A program made the position numbers and the translations under genes. The notes beneath the pieces were generated by a model. The model did not search any database. It was given only the letters and a program-made list of their open reading frames with translations, and had not been told where the DNA came from. From an uncultured Erysipelotrichaceae bacterium (lineage in GTDB: Bacteria > Bacillota_I > Bacilli_A > RF39 > UBA660), in assembly GCA_902789425.1 (NCBI GenBank), contig CADANX010000002.1, positions 165,815-229,814 on the forward strand: a DNA stretch of 64,000 bases. Reading direction: 5' to 3'. Each line of letters opens with the position of its first letter. Within the stretch, counting starts at the first letter, position 1. Below are positions 50,830 to 61,428 of this stretch, one piece after another.

Positions 50830-52520
50830 TTATTTTAATGTAGCTTTTTTTCTAAATAATTTAACTGCTCCAAGTCCAATTATTGAAGACATTAATGCAA
50901 TAAAATATATTCCTACATTATCAGTTGTTTTAACATTTTTTGTATCTATTGTTCTAGATGCGATTGCATAATTTGAGAAACTGTCAGTTACAAATGTAAT
51001 TGTATGTTTAACAGGATCAAATACAGTTTCAATTATTTCATAAGTTCCATCATGTTTTTCGTGAACAATAACAATATCATTACCATCAACATCATCTGCA
51101 AGTTTTAATGTTATTTTTGCTTTATGTTGAAGTTCATCTACTTGTTCATCCCATGATTCATTAGCTTTTCCTTTATATATAGTATTAAATAATTTAATAT
51201 CTAAATAAGTTTTTACACTATAATCTCCAGCCGCTTCTTTGAAATTACTAATTTTAGCTGGTTCTAAATCTACATTAGTGATACCAAGTTTTGCAGTACC
51301 AACTTGCATACTTTCTTCAGCTCCACCAAGTTTAATACTACCTGAAGTTATTGCATCAGCTCCATCTGCATCTACTTTATTATTTACTTTTGTAAAATGA
51401 GCTCCTAAGTGAAAATTACCTCTTGGTACTGTAAATGTATAAATACCAACATGATCATCATCACCAGCTTCAAATTCTCCACCATTAATAGTAAATGATG
51501 TTAATTGATAGCCAGCATCTGGAATTAATCTAACAGTTAAAACTGCACCAGCAGGAAGCATTGCTCCTCCTTCTTTTTGATGAGTTTCATTATTAATCCA
51601 TTCATTCCATTCAAGATATCCTAAATCTGCATCAATAATATCTTGAAGTGAATAATCAGTATTATTATAATGAACATTTACAAGTTCAAATTGTCCATGT
51701 CCAACATAATCATCTGTTCCTTTATCAACATCCATATATGACCATAAGAAATTTCCTACTGTCATATATTCACCTTCATTTTGAACTGTTGTAGTTGAAA
51801 TTACGTAAGTATCTGCTTTAGCAACAGTAACTTCATAATGTATCATTTGTTGTCTTGTATTTTGTAATAATTGTGCAGGTGTTCTAGTTACATTAATAGG
51901 TGTACCATTAATTGTTAAAGCTGATAGTCTAAATATAAATAATGTATCAATAGCAATTGTAACATTTCCTGAATCATATCCATATTCAAAAGGTCCTGTA
52001 AAATGACCACCATTTTGGTTACCACTTCCACCAATTGCTGGATTATTTACATCGAAGTATTCACCATTTATTGTTATTTCTGCTCTTTCGTTTGTGTATG
52101 TATAATCTACTACAGCATCAACTCTATTAGCAGAGCCAAAATTTTCAGCTTCAATATTTAATGGTCCTGCTACTACACTAGCAATATTATAAGTTGAACT
52201 ATTTGTTGCTGTTCCATCTACTCTGAATTTACCATTATTTGTTGCACTCATAGACACACTAGAACCAAGTGGTGCATAAATAGATGTTCCATCAGAATAT
52301 AGTCCAGTACCATTAACCGTTACTGTTCCGCCTGCGTAAGTAACATTAACAGATGTAGCATTACTTACATCCTGTACAGTTGCTCCCCATTACTAAATGA
52401 TAATATACCACAGCCACTTTGATCACCTGGTTGAGCTGCAAAAACATTTAATGCTGGAACCATAAACCCCAATAATAAAGTTACCACTAGAAGTATTGAA
52501 AAAATCCTTTTCCTTGTCAT
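50830..52520 (-). pseudogene. cell-wall-anchored surface protein gene (sortase B substrate candidate) interrupted by a 1-nt frameshift
   Basis: ATG at 52520 with AGAGGAA SD encodes signal peptide MTRKRIFSILLVVTLLLGFMVPALNVFA-AQ. This frame stops at 52365-52367. The 475-aa ORF frame is open from 52389 and ends with NVKTTD + hydrophobic TM + RKKATLK. The two frames overlap only across 52368-52389, which contains GGGG. Confidence 0.55.
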
Positions 52521-52577
52521 AATATTCCTCTTATTTAATAATATTATATCATATTTTTTTATTAATCAAAACTTTTT

Positions 52578-55500
52578 TTAAAATAAACTTAATTGATTTG
52601 ACTCATCCATTCCATCTAGTATATGCATGTTTTTCATTGTTTCTATTAGAGTTTCAGATATTTTTGCTCTAACTTGAAGTTCTTCAATTGACAGAAATTT
52701 TCTTTTTTGTCTTTCTAAAACTATATTTTTAGCAACAGTATCACCAAGTCCTTCAATTGAATTAAATGGTGGTATTATTTCATTATCACTATTTACAACA
52801 TATACAGATGCTTCAGATTTATAAAGGTCAATATTTAAGAATTTCATTCCTCTAGCTGTAGCCTCTAAACATACATGAAGTGATTCTTCTACATCTTGTT
52901 CTTTTTTAGATGCATCTCTTCCTTTATTATGAATTTCAATCAATCTATCTTTTATTGCATCATAACCTTTTATCATAGTTGTTACTTCGACATCAGCAGC
53001 CTTACTAGTTAACCATGATGCATAATAATGAACTGGCATATGTACTTTATACCATGCAATTCTAAACGCACTTGTTACGTATGCAGCAGCATGTGCTTTT
53101 GGGAACATGTATTTTATTTTATGACATGATTCGATATACCAATCAGCAATTCCTGCTTCTTTTAAAGTGTTTTCATATTCAACCCATTGATCATGATCTT
53201 TTGGTTTGCTTGCTCTACCTTTTCTAACAAATTCCATAATTTTAAAAGCAGTTATAGGCTTTAATCCATTATACATAAGATATACCATGATATCATCACG
53301 ACATCCTATAACTTCACTAAATGGAACAATATTATTTTTTATAAGTTCTTGAGCATTACCAAGCCAAACATCAGTACCATGTGATAAACCAGATATTTTA
53401 ATAAGTTCACCAAATGATTTTGGTTTAGTATCCTCAACCATTTGAATTGTAAATTTAGTACCAAATTCTGGAACTCCTAGTGTACCTGTATTACACATAA
53501 TTTGTTCTTTTGTAACACCAAGAGGTTCTGGTGATAAAAATATTCCCATTGTTTCTTTATCATCAAGCGGAACTTTTGTAACATCTGTTTTTGTAGTATC
53601 TTGTATCATACGAAGTTGTGTTGGATCTGAGTGACCTAATATATCTAGCTTAAGTACATCATCCTCAATTTTGTGATAATCAAAGTGAGTAGTTCTCCAA
53701 GCACTAGTTGGATCTTCTGCTGGAAATTGAAATGGCGTAAAATCAAATACTTCCATATAATCTGGAATAACAACTATTCCACCTGGATGCTGCCCAGTAG
53801 TTCTTTTTACACCTGTACATCCTTTTGCAAGTCTTTCTATTTCAATAAATCTTTTATCAATCATTCTATCTTCAAAATAGCCCTTTACAAAACCAATTGC
53901 AGTTTTTTCAGCTACTGTACCAATTGTACCCGCTCTATAAACATTATCAACTCCAAATAAAACTTTAGTATATTCATGAATTGCAGCTTGGTTTAAATCT
54001 GAAAAGTTTAAATCTATATCTGGTACTTTATCTGCATTAAATCCAAGGAATGTTGCAAATGGAATATCTTGTCCATCTTTTAACATATCACTATCACATT
54101 TAGGGCATTTTTTATTAGGTAAATCAAAGCCACTAGAATAAGTAGCACCAAGTTCTTCCCCATCTTCTTCAAAAATACTATGTTTACATTTAGGACATCT
54201 ATAATGAGCTGGAAGAGGATTTACTTCAGTTATTCCCATCATTGTAGCAACGAAACTAGATCCAACTGAACCTCTTGATCCAACTAAGAATCCATCATTA
54301 TTAGATTTTTTAACAAGTCTTTGAGCAATTAAGTATATTGGATCAAAACCAGCACCAATAACACCACCAAGTGACTTTTTAACAAGTTTAGATAGTGCTT
54401 CTTCGTCCAAGTCTTCTTCTGATGTTTCTTTTAAATATTCTTTTACAACATTAATAACATTATCTTTACCCTTTAGAATTGTTTCATGAAGTAATTTATA
54501 TATTTCTTTTTCATCAGTTATATTATCTTTTTCTAAATTATATTTAACAGCATTATAAACTATATCACCATAAAGTTCAGTTCCAAGTCTTCCTTCTATA
54601 TTATAAGGAAGAGGTTCCCCATACCAATCTTGTGCTTTATCATAAACAAGATTAGTTACTTCTTTTGGACAATCAAGATAAGTTTTCCCATCATCAGCTT
54701 TTACTCTTGGTGAAAATGGAACACCACCTGTTTGAATAATAACATCAAATATTTCAACTTTATCAAGTATTTTATTAGGATTTTCTATAACTATTTCTTT
54801 AGCTAAATCTTCTCCTAAAAATTCAAAACATTCAAGCATTTCAGTTGTTGTTCTAAAATGTTGTGATGGTATTTTACCATTTGCTCTTGCTAAGTCATGT
54901 CTTCCTCTACCTGGTACTTTTTGATTAATTAAGATTTCTCTATAAATTTTATCATCTTTCTTTAAATGATGAACATCACCAGTTGCAACAATTAGTTTTC
55001 CTGCTTCTTTTGTAACTCTAATTACTTTTTCTATATTTTGAATAAGTCCAGCTTCGTTTTCAAATACACCAGGAACTAAATGTGCGTATTCATCAACTGG
55101 TTGTACTTCAACATAATCATAAAAATTAATGATATTAGTAAGTTCTTCATCACTTTTTGAACTAGCTTCAGTAAATACTTCACTTTGATAGCATCCACTA
55201 CCAATTAATAATCCATCTCTATTTTCTTCAATTACACTTCTTAAAATTCTAGGTGTTTTATATAAGTAAGTTGTATTAGCAAGTGAAATTAATTTAAATA
55301 TATTTTTAAGCCCTTTCTGATTTAAAGTTAAAATATTTACATGATGTGCTCTACCATATTTATATATTTCATCTTTAGGAACAAGATTATTTAAATCAGA
55401 GATTTTTTTCATATTTCTATCAACTAATTTATTAATCATTTTTGCAAGAACAAGTCCTGTTCCTTCAGCATCATAGTCAGCTCTATGGTGTGCATCTTCT

Positions 55501-57182
55501 GCAAAAACTACACCATATCTTTTAGTAATTGCACTAAGTGAATGACGAACTTCACCTTGGTCTAAAGCTCTTGATAATTCTAATGTATCAATTACAGAAT
55601 TATTAAGTTCTCCTAAATTATATTTTTTATAAGCCATTCTTAAAAATGACATATCGAATTTTGCATTATGAGCTACAAGTGGTAAATCTTTAAACCAATC
55701 TTTAAACTTTTTAACTGCTTCTTCCTCATCTGGTTTTCCTTGAAGCATTTCATCAGTTATATGAGTAAGTTCAACTATCTTTTCAGGTAATTTTCTTTTT
55801 GGATCAATTAATTCATCAAATCTATCAATTACTTCACCATTTTTTATTTTTACAGCACCTATTTCAATAATTGAATCTGCGCCACCTGCATTAAATCCTG
55901 TTGTTTCAACGTCGAATACAACATATGTAGTATCAGAAAGTGAATCATCAGTAGGATTTATTACTATATCTACACTATCATCAATCATTGTAAGTTCACA
56001 ACCATAAATGACTTTAAATGGTTCTTCACCCTCTGATAATTCTTTATTCATTCCTCTTACTAAATTAAATGCATTAGGAAAGCTTTGTGCTCCATCATGA
56101 TCAGTAATAGCTATACCTCTATGGCCCCATTTTTTTGCAGTTTTAATTAAATCTTCAGCTGAAACTACACCATCCATTTGACTCATTAGAGTATGCGCAT
56201 GAAGTTCAACTCTTTTTTCTTCTGCTTCATCTTTAATTTCAACTTCTTTTGATGGTATATCCATTATATTTACAGCACTAAGTACATAATCATTTGCGTA
56301 TGTATCATACTTAACATTACCATTTATTCTATACCAATTGCCTTCTTTTAATTGAGATTTTATTCTATTAAAATCATCTTCATTTTTAAAGAATATTTTA
56401 CATAGTAAACTATCTGACTTATCAGAGATTTTTAAAGTTATTATTTTAAATGCAGTCTTTGTTGATTCAAATAAATCTATTCCAAAAATATAACATTCTA
56501 CTGTAACATCAGTAACCTCACTAGTAATAGATGTAAGTGGTGATATTTCTTTATCTATTTCTATACCTAAAATAGCATTTGAATTTTCTACTTTTTTGGT
56601 AGATGCTATAGGATTATTACTTCTTTCTCTTTTAACTTCCTTTCTTGGCATAACTACTTTAGACATATCTATTTCTATTTTTACATCATTATTTTGTTTG
56701 ATAGTATAGTCATTATTAACATCTATTTTTATATTAATATCAAAACCTATTCTTTTATATTTTTCATTAATTTTATCTATATTATTTTTAAGTAAATTTT
56801 CTTCTGCTCTATTATCTACTGCTATAACAAGTCCATTTGTAGTATATTTAATCATTTTATCTAAAAATAAACTTGCCATTCCTTCGTTAAAGCCTATTGA
56901 TGATATAACATATGAATAATAATCATTTATTTTAGTATTAATATTTTTATCTATAACAAGTTCATAATTAACACTTTTTAAATTATCAAATGAAGTACTA
57001 ATATTTTCATCAATATATTTTAAAACATCTACTGGTAATATATCATCTACTTTTATTACAAATATCCAATTTAATTTATCTTTAGATGATTTTATTTTAA
57101 GAATCTTACCATTTTCAAAATATTTATAGTTTTCTTCATCTAATTTTATTTTCTCTAAAAAAAGTTTTAATTTACTATCCAT
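52578..57182 (-). CDS. polC: DNA polymerase III PolC-type alpha subunit
   Basis: OB and PHP domains (VELHAHTLMSQMDG), DEDD exonuclease (YVVFDVETTG...HNAKFDMSFL), Zn finger CPKCKH...CPKCDS, polymerase core (PDIDLNFS, GQHPGGIVVIP), HhH C-terminus. Confidence 0.97.
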   Translation of the reverse strand: MDSKLKLFLEKIKLDEENYKYFENGKILKIKSSKDKLNWIFVIKVDDILPVDVLKYIDENISTSFDNLKSVNYELVIDKNINTKINDYYSYVISSIGFNEGMASLFLDKMIKYTTNGLVIAVDNRAEENLLKNNIDKINEKYKRIGFDINIKIDVNNDYTIKQNNDVKIEIDMSKVVMPRKEVKRERSNNPIASTKKVENSNAILGIEIDKEISPLTSITSEVTDVTVECYIFGIDLFESTKTAFKIITLKISDKSDSLLCKIFFKNEDDFNRIKSQLKEGNWYRINGNVKYDTYANDYVLSAVNIMDIPSKEVEIKDEAEEKRVELHAHTLMSQMDGVVSAEDLIKTAKKWGHRGIAITDHDGAQSFPNAFNLVRGMNKELSEGEEPFKVIYGCELTMIDDSVDIVINPTDDSLSDTTYVVFDVETTGFNAGGADSIIEIGAVKIKNGEVIDRFDELIDPKRKLPEKIVELTHITDEMLQGKPDEEEAVKKFKDWFKDLPLVAHNAKFDMSFLRMAYKKYNLGELNNSVIDTLELSRALDQGEVRHSLSAITKRYGVVFAEDAHHRADYDAEGTGLVLAKMINKLVDRNMKKISDLNNLVPKDEIYKYGRAHHVNILTLNQKGLKNIFKLISLANTTYLYKTPRILRSVIEENRDGLLIGSGCYQSEVFTEASSKSDEELTNIINFYDYVEVQPVDEYAHLVPGVFENEAGLIQNIEKVIRVTKEAGKLIVATGDVHHLKKDDKIYREILINQKVPGRGRHDLARANGKIPSQHFRTTTEMLECFEFLGEDLAKEIVIENPNKILDKVEIFDVIIQTGGVPFSPRVKADDGKTYLDCPKEVTNLVYDKAQDWYGEPLPYNIEGRLGTELYGDIVYNAVKYNLEKDNITDEKEIYKLLHETILKGKDNVINVVKEYLKETSEEDLDEEALSKLVKKSLGGVIGAGFDPIYLIAQRLVKKSNNDGFLVGSRGSVGSSFVATMMGITEVNPLPAHYRCPKCKHSIFEEDGEELGATYSSGFDLPNKKCPKCDSDMLKDGQDIPFATFLGFNADKVPDIDLNFSDLNQAAIHEYTKVLFGVDNVYRAGTIGTVAEKTAIGFVKGYFEDRMIDKRFIEIERLAKGCTGVKRTTGQHPGGIVVIPDYMEVFDFTPFQFPAEDPTSAWRTTHFDYHKIEDDVLKLDILGHSDPTQLRMIQDTTKTDVTKVPLDDKETMGIFLSPEPLGVTKEQIMCNTGTLGVPEFGTKFTIQMVEDTKPKSFGELIKISGLSHGTDVWLGNAQELIKNNIVPFSEVIGCRDDIMVYLMYNGLKPITAFKIMEFVRKGRASKPKDHDQWVEYENTLKEAGIADWYIESCHKIKYMFPKAHAAAYVTSAFRIAWYKVHMPVHYYASWLTSKAADVEVTTMIKGYDAIKDRLIEIHNKGRDASKKEQDVEESLHVCLEATARGMKFLNIDLYKSEASVYVVNSDNEIIPPFNSIEGLGDTVAKNIVLERQKRKFLSIEELQVRAKISETLIETMKNMHILDGMDESNQLSLF

Positions 57183-57204
57183 TATATCATCCCCACTATA
57201 TATA

Positions 57205-57213
57205 ATTATATCA
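57205..57213 (-). promoter_or_regulatory. extended -10 element (TGATATAAT) upstream of polC
   Basis: Minus strand reads TGATATAAT between the 57240-57259 terminator and the polC SD (GTGGGGA). Confidence 0.4.
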
Positions 57214-57231
57214 GTAAATCATAATTTCTTA

Positions 57232-57259
57232 AAGAAAAAAATAGTAAAAAATTACTATT
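57232..57259 (-). terminator. intrinsic terminator ending the cdsA-rseP-fmt(-sORF) unit
   Basis: AATAGTAA (57240-57247) / TTACTATT (57252-57259) hairpin followed on the minus strand by UUUUUUC. Confidence 0.65.
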
Positions 57260-57310
57260 TTATCTATATAATAAAAGACAAATTGCGAATCTTATAATCA
57301 TTCTTATCAT
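57260..57310 (-). CDS. possible 16-aa hydrophobic small ORF (MIRMIIRFAICLLLYR)
   Basis: ATG at 57310 lies 9 nt after AAGGGGGAAAG, one of the strongest SD-like sequences I noticed in the window. The stop abuts the terminator hairpin. Confidence 0.3.
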   Translation of the reverse strand: MIRMIIRFAICLLLYR

Positions 57311-57374
57311 AGATGCTTTCCCCCTTTCATATATAATATTTGCATAAAAAAAGAAAAGTCCCCTAATAAATAAA

Positions 57375-58301
57375 TTATTTATTAAAAACTTTTCCTATTA
57401 AATCTTCATGAACACCATTTAAATATGTTTTTGTATCCATTTTCTTTTTACCTTCTTCTTGAAGATAAGTAATTAATATTTCTCCATCTTTTACTTTAAC
57501 ACCAATTGAATCTTTATAAATATTTATTATTTCACCAGAAACTCCATCTTTATTAGATTTTCCTATTTCTGCTTTTATTATTTTTACTTTTTTATTTTCC
57601 AAAAATGCATAAGACATTGGCCATGGACATAAACCTCTAACTTTATTATAAACATTTAATGCTGTATCATCAAAACTAAGTAATTCATCTTCTTTTGATA
57701 TATTATATGCATATGTTACATCTTCGTCATTTTGAGTTATTTCTGTAAAATCACCTTCTAAAAACTTTGGCATAAACTCATCTATAGTTTCTCTTGCAAG
57801 AATACTTAATTTATCAAATAACGAACCAACATCATCTAAATAATCAATATCTAATTTTTTTTGATAAAGTATATTACCACTATCCATTTTTTCATCCATA
57901 TACATAATAGTAATTCCTGTTTCTTTTTCTCCATTTATAATTGCTCTATGTATTGGAGCACCACCTCTATATTTAGGTAATAATGATGCATGAATATTAA
58001 TACATCTATATTTTGGATAGTCAAGAAGCTTTTTTGGAATTATTTGTCCATATGCACATGTTACTATTAAATCTGGTTCATATTTTAATATTTCTTCATA
58101 TTCATTTCTAATATTACTTGGCTGAAAAATATCTATATTATTTTTAAGTGCAACTTCTTTTACAGGAGAAAACTTAATTTCTTTTTTTCTTCCAACTTCT
58201 TTATCAGGCTGCGTAACTATTAAACAAACATCATATTTTTCAATTAAAACTTCTAAAGGTTTTACTGCAAAATCTGGAGTACCCATAAATACTATTTTCA
58301 T
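57375..58301 (-). CDS. fmt: methionyl-tRNA formyltransferase
   Basis: KIVFMGTPDFAV, INIHASLLPKYRGGAPI, C-terminal OB-like domain. Confidence 0.93.
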   Translation of the reverse strand: MKIVFMGTPDFAVKPLEVLIEKYDVCLIVTQPDKEVGRKKEIKFSPVKEVALKNNIDIFQPSNIRNEYEEILKYEPDLIVTCAYGQIIPKKLLDYPKYRCINIHASLLPKYRGGAPIHRAIINGEKETGITIMYMDEKMDSGNILYQKKLDIDYLDDVGSLFDKLSILARETIDEFMPKFLEGDFTEITQNDEDVTYAYNISKEDELLSFDDTALNVYNKVRGLCPWPMSYAFLENKKVKIIKAEIGKSNKDGVSGEIINIYKDSIGVKVKDGEILITYLQEEGKKKMDTKTYLNGVHEDLIGKVFNK

Positions 58302-59338
58302 AATAAATTAAACACATCCTTTATTGTAATTAAAATCATTAATATTATTAAAATTGAAAAACCAATTAAATTAACTGTATTTTCAAGTTTTGCATCAACT
58401 CTTGAGCCTTTTATTTTTTCAATTATTAAGAAAAGAACATGTCCTCCGTCAAATGCTGGAAATGGAAGAATATTCATAAATCCTACATTAATAGATAAAT
58501 AAGCAGTTAAATAAATAAGCATATATAAACTACTTTTTGCAATATCTATTACTTGGAATATTCCTACTGGTCCAGAAACACTTTCTACACCTATTCTATG
58601 AGTAAATAAACTTTTAATAACAATAATTAATTGTTTATATATATCACAAAATTTTACAAAAGCAAATTTTAAAGATGAAAAAATTCCTTTTTTATTAATT
58701 GTTTTAACACTTATTCCATAATAGTATCTTTTATCTTTTTTATCATATATTGGTTTTAACTTAACTGTTTTTTCTTTACCTTTACTTTTATAAGTTAAAG
58801 TTATTGGTTTCTTTTCACCATTTAAAGCAAGTTCAGTTTGAATATCATCATAATCTTTTATTTTTGCTTTATTTATTTTTACAATTAGATCACCATTTCT
58901 TGCACCTGATTTATATAATGGATGTGTTTTATCAATATTTGCAATTTCATTAGTTGCAAGAGTGCTTCCATAAATAAGTCCTAGAATAAATAATAATACA
59001 AAACCTAAAATAAAATTATTTAAAACACCAGCTACCATAACCATAAGTCTTGAAAGCCATGGTTTATTATATAATTTATTTTCTTCTTTTACTTCTTTAT
59101 CATCTTCACCTTCACCAGAAAGTTCACCTGCAAGTGCAACATAACCACCTAGAGGTATTGCTTTAATTAAATATGTTGTTTCATCATTTTTTCTATTAAA
59201 TGAAAAAAGTTTAGGACCAAATCCAATTGAAAATTCATATACATGAACACCTGCTTTTTTAGCCCATATAAAATGTCCAAATTCATGAACAAGTACTATT
59301 AATCCTAATATTATTATAAATAATATAAAAGTAATCAT
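58298..59338 (-). CDS. rseP: RIP site-2 metalloprotease (M50), RseP/RasP
   Basis: HEFGHF in TM1, PDZ domain, NILPFPAFDGGH motif. Confidence 0.92.
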   Translation of the reverse strand: MITFILFIIILGLIVLVHEFGHFIWAKKAGVHVYEFSIGFGPKLFSFNRKNDETTYLIKAIPLGGYVALAGELSGEGEDDKEVKEENKLYNKPWLSRLMVMVAGVLNNFILGFVLLFILGLIYGSTLATNEIANIDKTHPLYKSGARNGDLIVKINKAKIKDYDDIQTELALNGEKKPITLTYKSKGKEKTVKLKPIYDKKDKRYYYGISVKTINKKGIFSSLKFAFVKFCDIYKQLIIVIKSLFTHRIGVESVSGPVGIFQVIDIAKSSLYMLIYLTAYLSINVGFMNILPFPAFDGGHVLFLIIEKIKGSRVDAKLENTVNLIGFSILIILMILITIKDVFNLL

Positions 59339-59350
59339 TAAATCATCTCC

Positions 59351-60124
59351 TTAAAAGAATATCATTATAATAGTGTATGCAATTACTACAAATATAAAAC
59401 TATCAAATCTATCTAGTACTCCTCCATGACCTGGAAATATATTAGAATAATCTTTAACATTATTTAATCTTTTTATTTGACTAAAGAATAAATCACCAAG
59501 TAATGAAAATACTGATAATATTGCAATTTGAATAATTATACTAACTAAATTACAAGCAGGATCAACAAAGTACATATAAAACATACTGCATATTACCATT
59601 GATGCAATTAATCCTGCAAAAAATCCTTCATAAGTCTTGTTTGGCGAAACTTTTTCTATTAATTTTCTTTTTCCAAAGAAACGACCAATTAAATAAGCAA
59701 AAGTATCACTAGTAACAGCAATTAAATATAAATATAAAAATAAATTAATATCATCAAATCTAATATTTCTAATTAATGAAAAAGGAAATCCTATTAACAT
59801 TACATTTAAAAATAAATAAGATGCTTTATTAAAATCATATTTATCCTTATCTAAAAATATGATTGGAATAAACATTAAAAGCATACTCAAAGATATAGCT
59901 TTATCAAGTTCAATATTAAATCTTTCACTAATTATAATAAAAACCGTAAGAGCACTTGGAACTATTTTATTATAAATAGTTAAATCCTTATTAAAATTAA
60001 GTAATTCATTTAGTGCTATAACAGATAAAATACTTATAGCAACATCAAAAGTTATACCTCCTATTAAAACAGGTGGTATTAATATTATTAACATTATAAA
60101 AGCAGTTATTAATCTTTTTTTCAT
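59351..60124 (-). CDS. cdsA: phosphatidate cytidylyltransferase
   Basis: C-terminal signature SQIKRLNNVKDYSNIFPGHGGVLDRFDS. Confidence 0.92.
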   Translation of the reverse strand: MKKRLITAFIMLIILIPPVLIGGITFDVAISILSVIALNELLNFNKDLTIYNKIVPSALTVFIIISERFNIELDKAISLSMLLMFIPIIFLDKDKYDFNKASYLFLNVMLIGFPFSLIRNIRFDDINLFLYLYLIAVTSDTFAYLIGRFFGKRKLIEKVSPNKTYEGFFAGLIASMVICSMFYMYFVDPACNLVSIIIQIAILSVFSLLGDLFFSQIKRLNNVKDYSNIFPGHGGVLDRFDSFIFVVIAYTIIMIFF

Positions 60125-60149
60125 AGTTATCCTCCTACTACATTATATA

Positions 60150-60182
60150 ATAAATAAAGAATAGTTGCAATTAACTATTCTT
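60150..60182. terminator. hairpin/terminator after the 171-aa gene
   Basis: AGAATAGTT (60158-60166) / AACTATTCT (60173-60181) 9-bp stem enclosing the stop codon, with T-rich runs on both strands. Confidence 0.5.
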
Positions 60183-60686
60183 TTTTTCAAGTACTTTTAC
60201 ATTACCTTTATCGCTATATTCTAAATTATTCAAATCAATTATTTCTTCAAATATTGATTCAGGAACATCATTTTCAATTAATTTATAATCTTTTAAATTT
60301 AGCTTAGTTTGCTCCATAGTTAGTTTAAGTAATTCATAATTTTCTTTTCTTACTTTTCTTTCTAAAGAATTAATTTCTGGAATAACTTCATCAAATAATT
60401 CTTTATAATCATCAATATAAGATTCTTCCATTAATATTCTTTCAATCATTATATAAATATTATATATAGGAATTAAATAATCTAAATTAGATATATCTTT
60501 TATTTGATCAAATAAGTATCTTTTTAAATCTTTTTTTATATCTTCTGATTCATAAGAAAGTTCTTCAAAATTTATTTTTTTACCTGATTTTTTCTCACCT
60601 AATTTATAATCTTTTACTTCTAGATATGTAGAATATATTAAGCTAGATAATATAGATGATATAACAAAGTTAATCATAAAAATCAC
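60171..60686 (-). CDS. hypothetical protein with N-terminal TM anchor, 171 aa
   Basis: MIFMINFVISSILSSLIYS then an acidic soluble region. No motif recognised. Confidence 0.45.
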   Translation of the reverse strand: MIFMINFVISSILSSLIYSTYLEVKDYKLGEKKSGKKINFEELSYESEDIKKDLKRYLFDQIKDISNLDYLIPIYNIYIMIERILMEESYIDDYKELFDEVIPEINSLERKVRKENYELLKLTMEQTKLNLKDYKLIENDVPESIFEEIIDLNNLEYSDKGNVKVLEKKNS

Positions 60687-60729
60687 CTAATTAAGTATAT
60701 TACATAAAAAAAGAAAAAAAGTAAAGAAT

Positions 60730-61428
60730 TTAATTTATTAAGTTTAAAATAAAACTCTCTACTTCTCTTGATTTACTAATTGATTTAGATAACTCATTAT
60801 ATTTATAATTCCAATATGAAAAAGTATTCTCTTTCATTTCTTTATTATTATTAATAAATTCATTTACTTTATTATCACTAACAGCTATAACAGCATCTGA
60901 TAATCTTTTTAAATCTATTTTATCAATATTATAACTCATTATTGATGATGTAATAAATGATATATCTTTTTGATTTATTATATTAAATATAAGATCATTA
61001 TATATTACTTTTAAATCATTTAATTTTTTATTAATTTTACTAACTTCATTATCATATTCTTCTTTTGAAATTAATTTTTCATTTAATTTATAATCAAATT
61101 CATTAATTTTCATAGTATATTGCATTTCTTTAATATCACGTTCTTTTGATAATGTATATATATCTTTTTTTGATCCATCAATATTATATTCTACTTCTAA
61201 AGGTGTATCTATAATTATATTTGGATTATTTTTTAATTCATCTTCTAAATACTTATTAATTAGTATTCCTGTATTTATTCTAATTAAATCATTAAGTATT
61301 TTTTCATTATCAGCTAGATTATTATTTTTTATAATATCATTTGCTTTATTTGTAGCCTCTTCTTTTATTTTAGATATATATTCTTTTACTATTTCTTCTT
61401 TTTTATTATTTAATTCTTTTAATGTCAT
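60730..61428 (-). CDS. hypothetical protein, 232 aa, coiled-coil-like
   Basis: ATGA overlap with the pyk stop. Lys/Glu/Asn-rich. No motif recognised. Confidence 0.45.
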   Translation of the reverse strand: MTLKELNNKKEEIVKEYISKIKEEATNKANDIIKNNNLADNEKILNDLIRINTGILINKYLEDELKNNPNIIIDTPLEVEYNIDGSKKDIYTLSKERDIKEMQYTMKINEFDYKLNEKLISKEEYDNEVSKINKKLNDLKVIYNDLIFNIINQKDISFITSSIMSYNIDKIDLKRLSDAVIAVSDNKVNEFINNNKEMKENTFSYWNYKYNELSKSISKSREVESFILNLIN

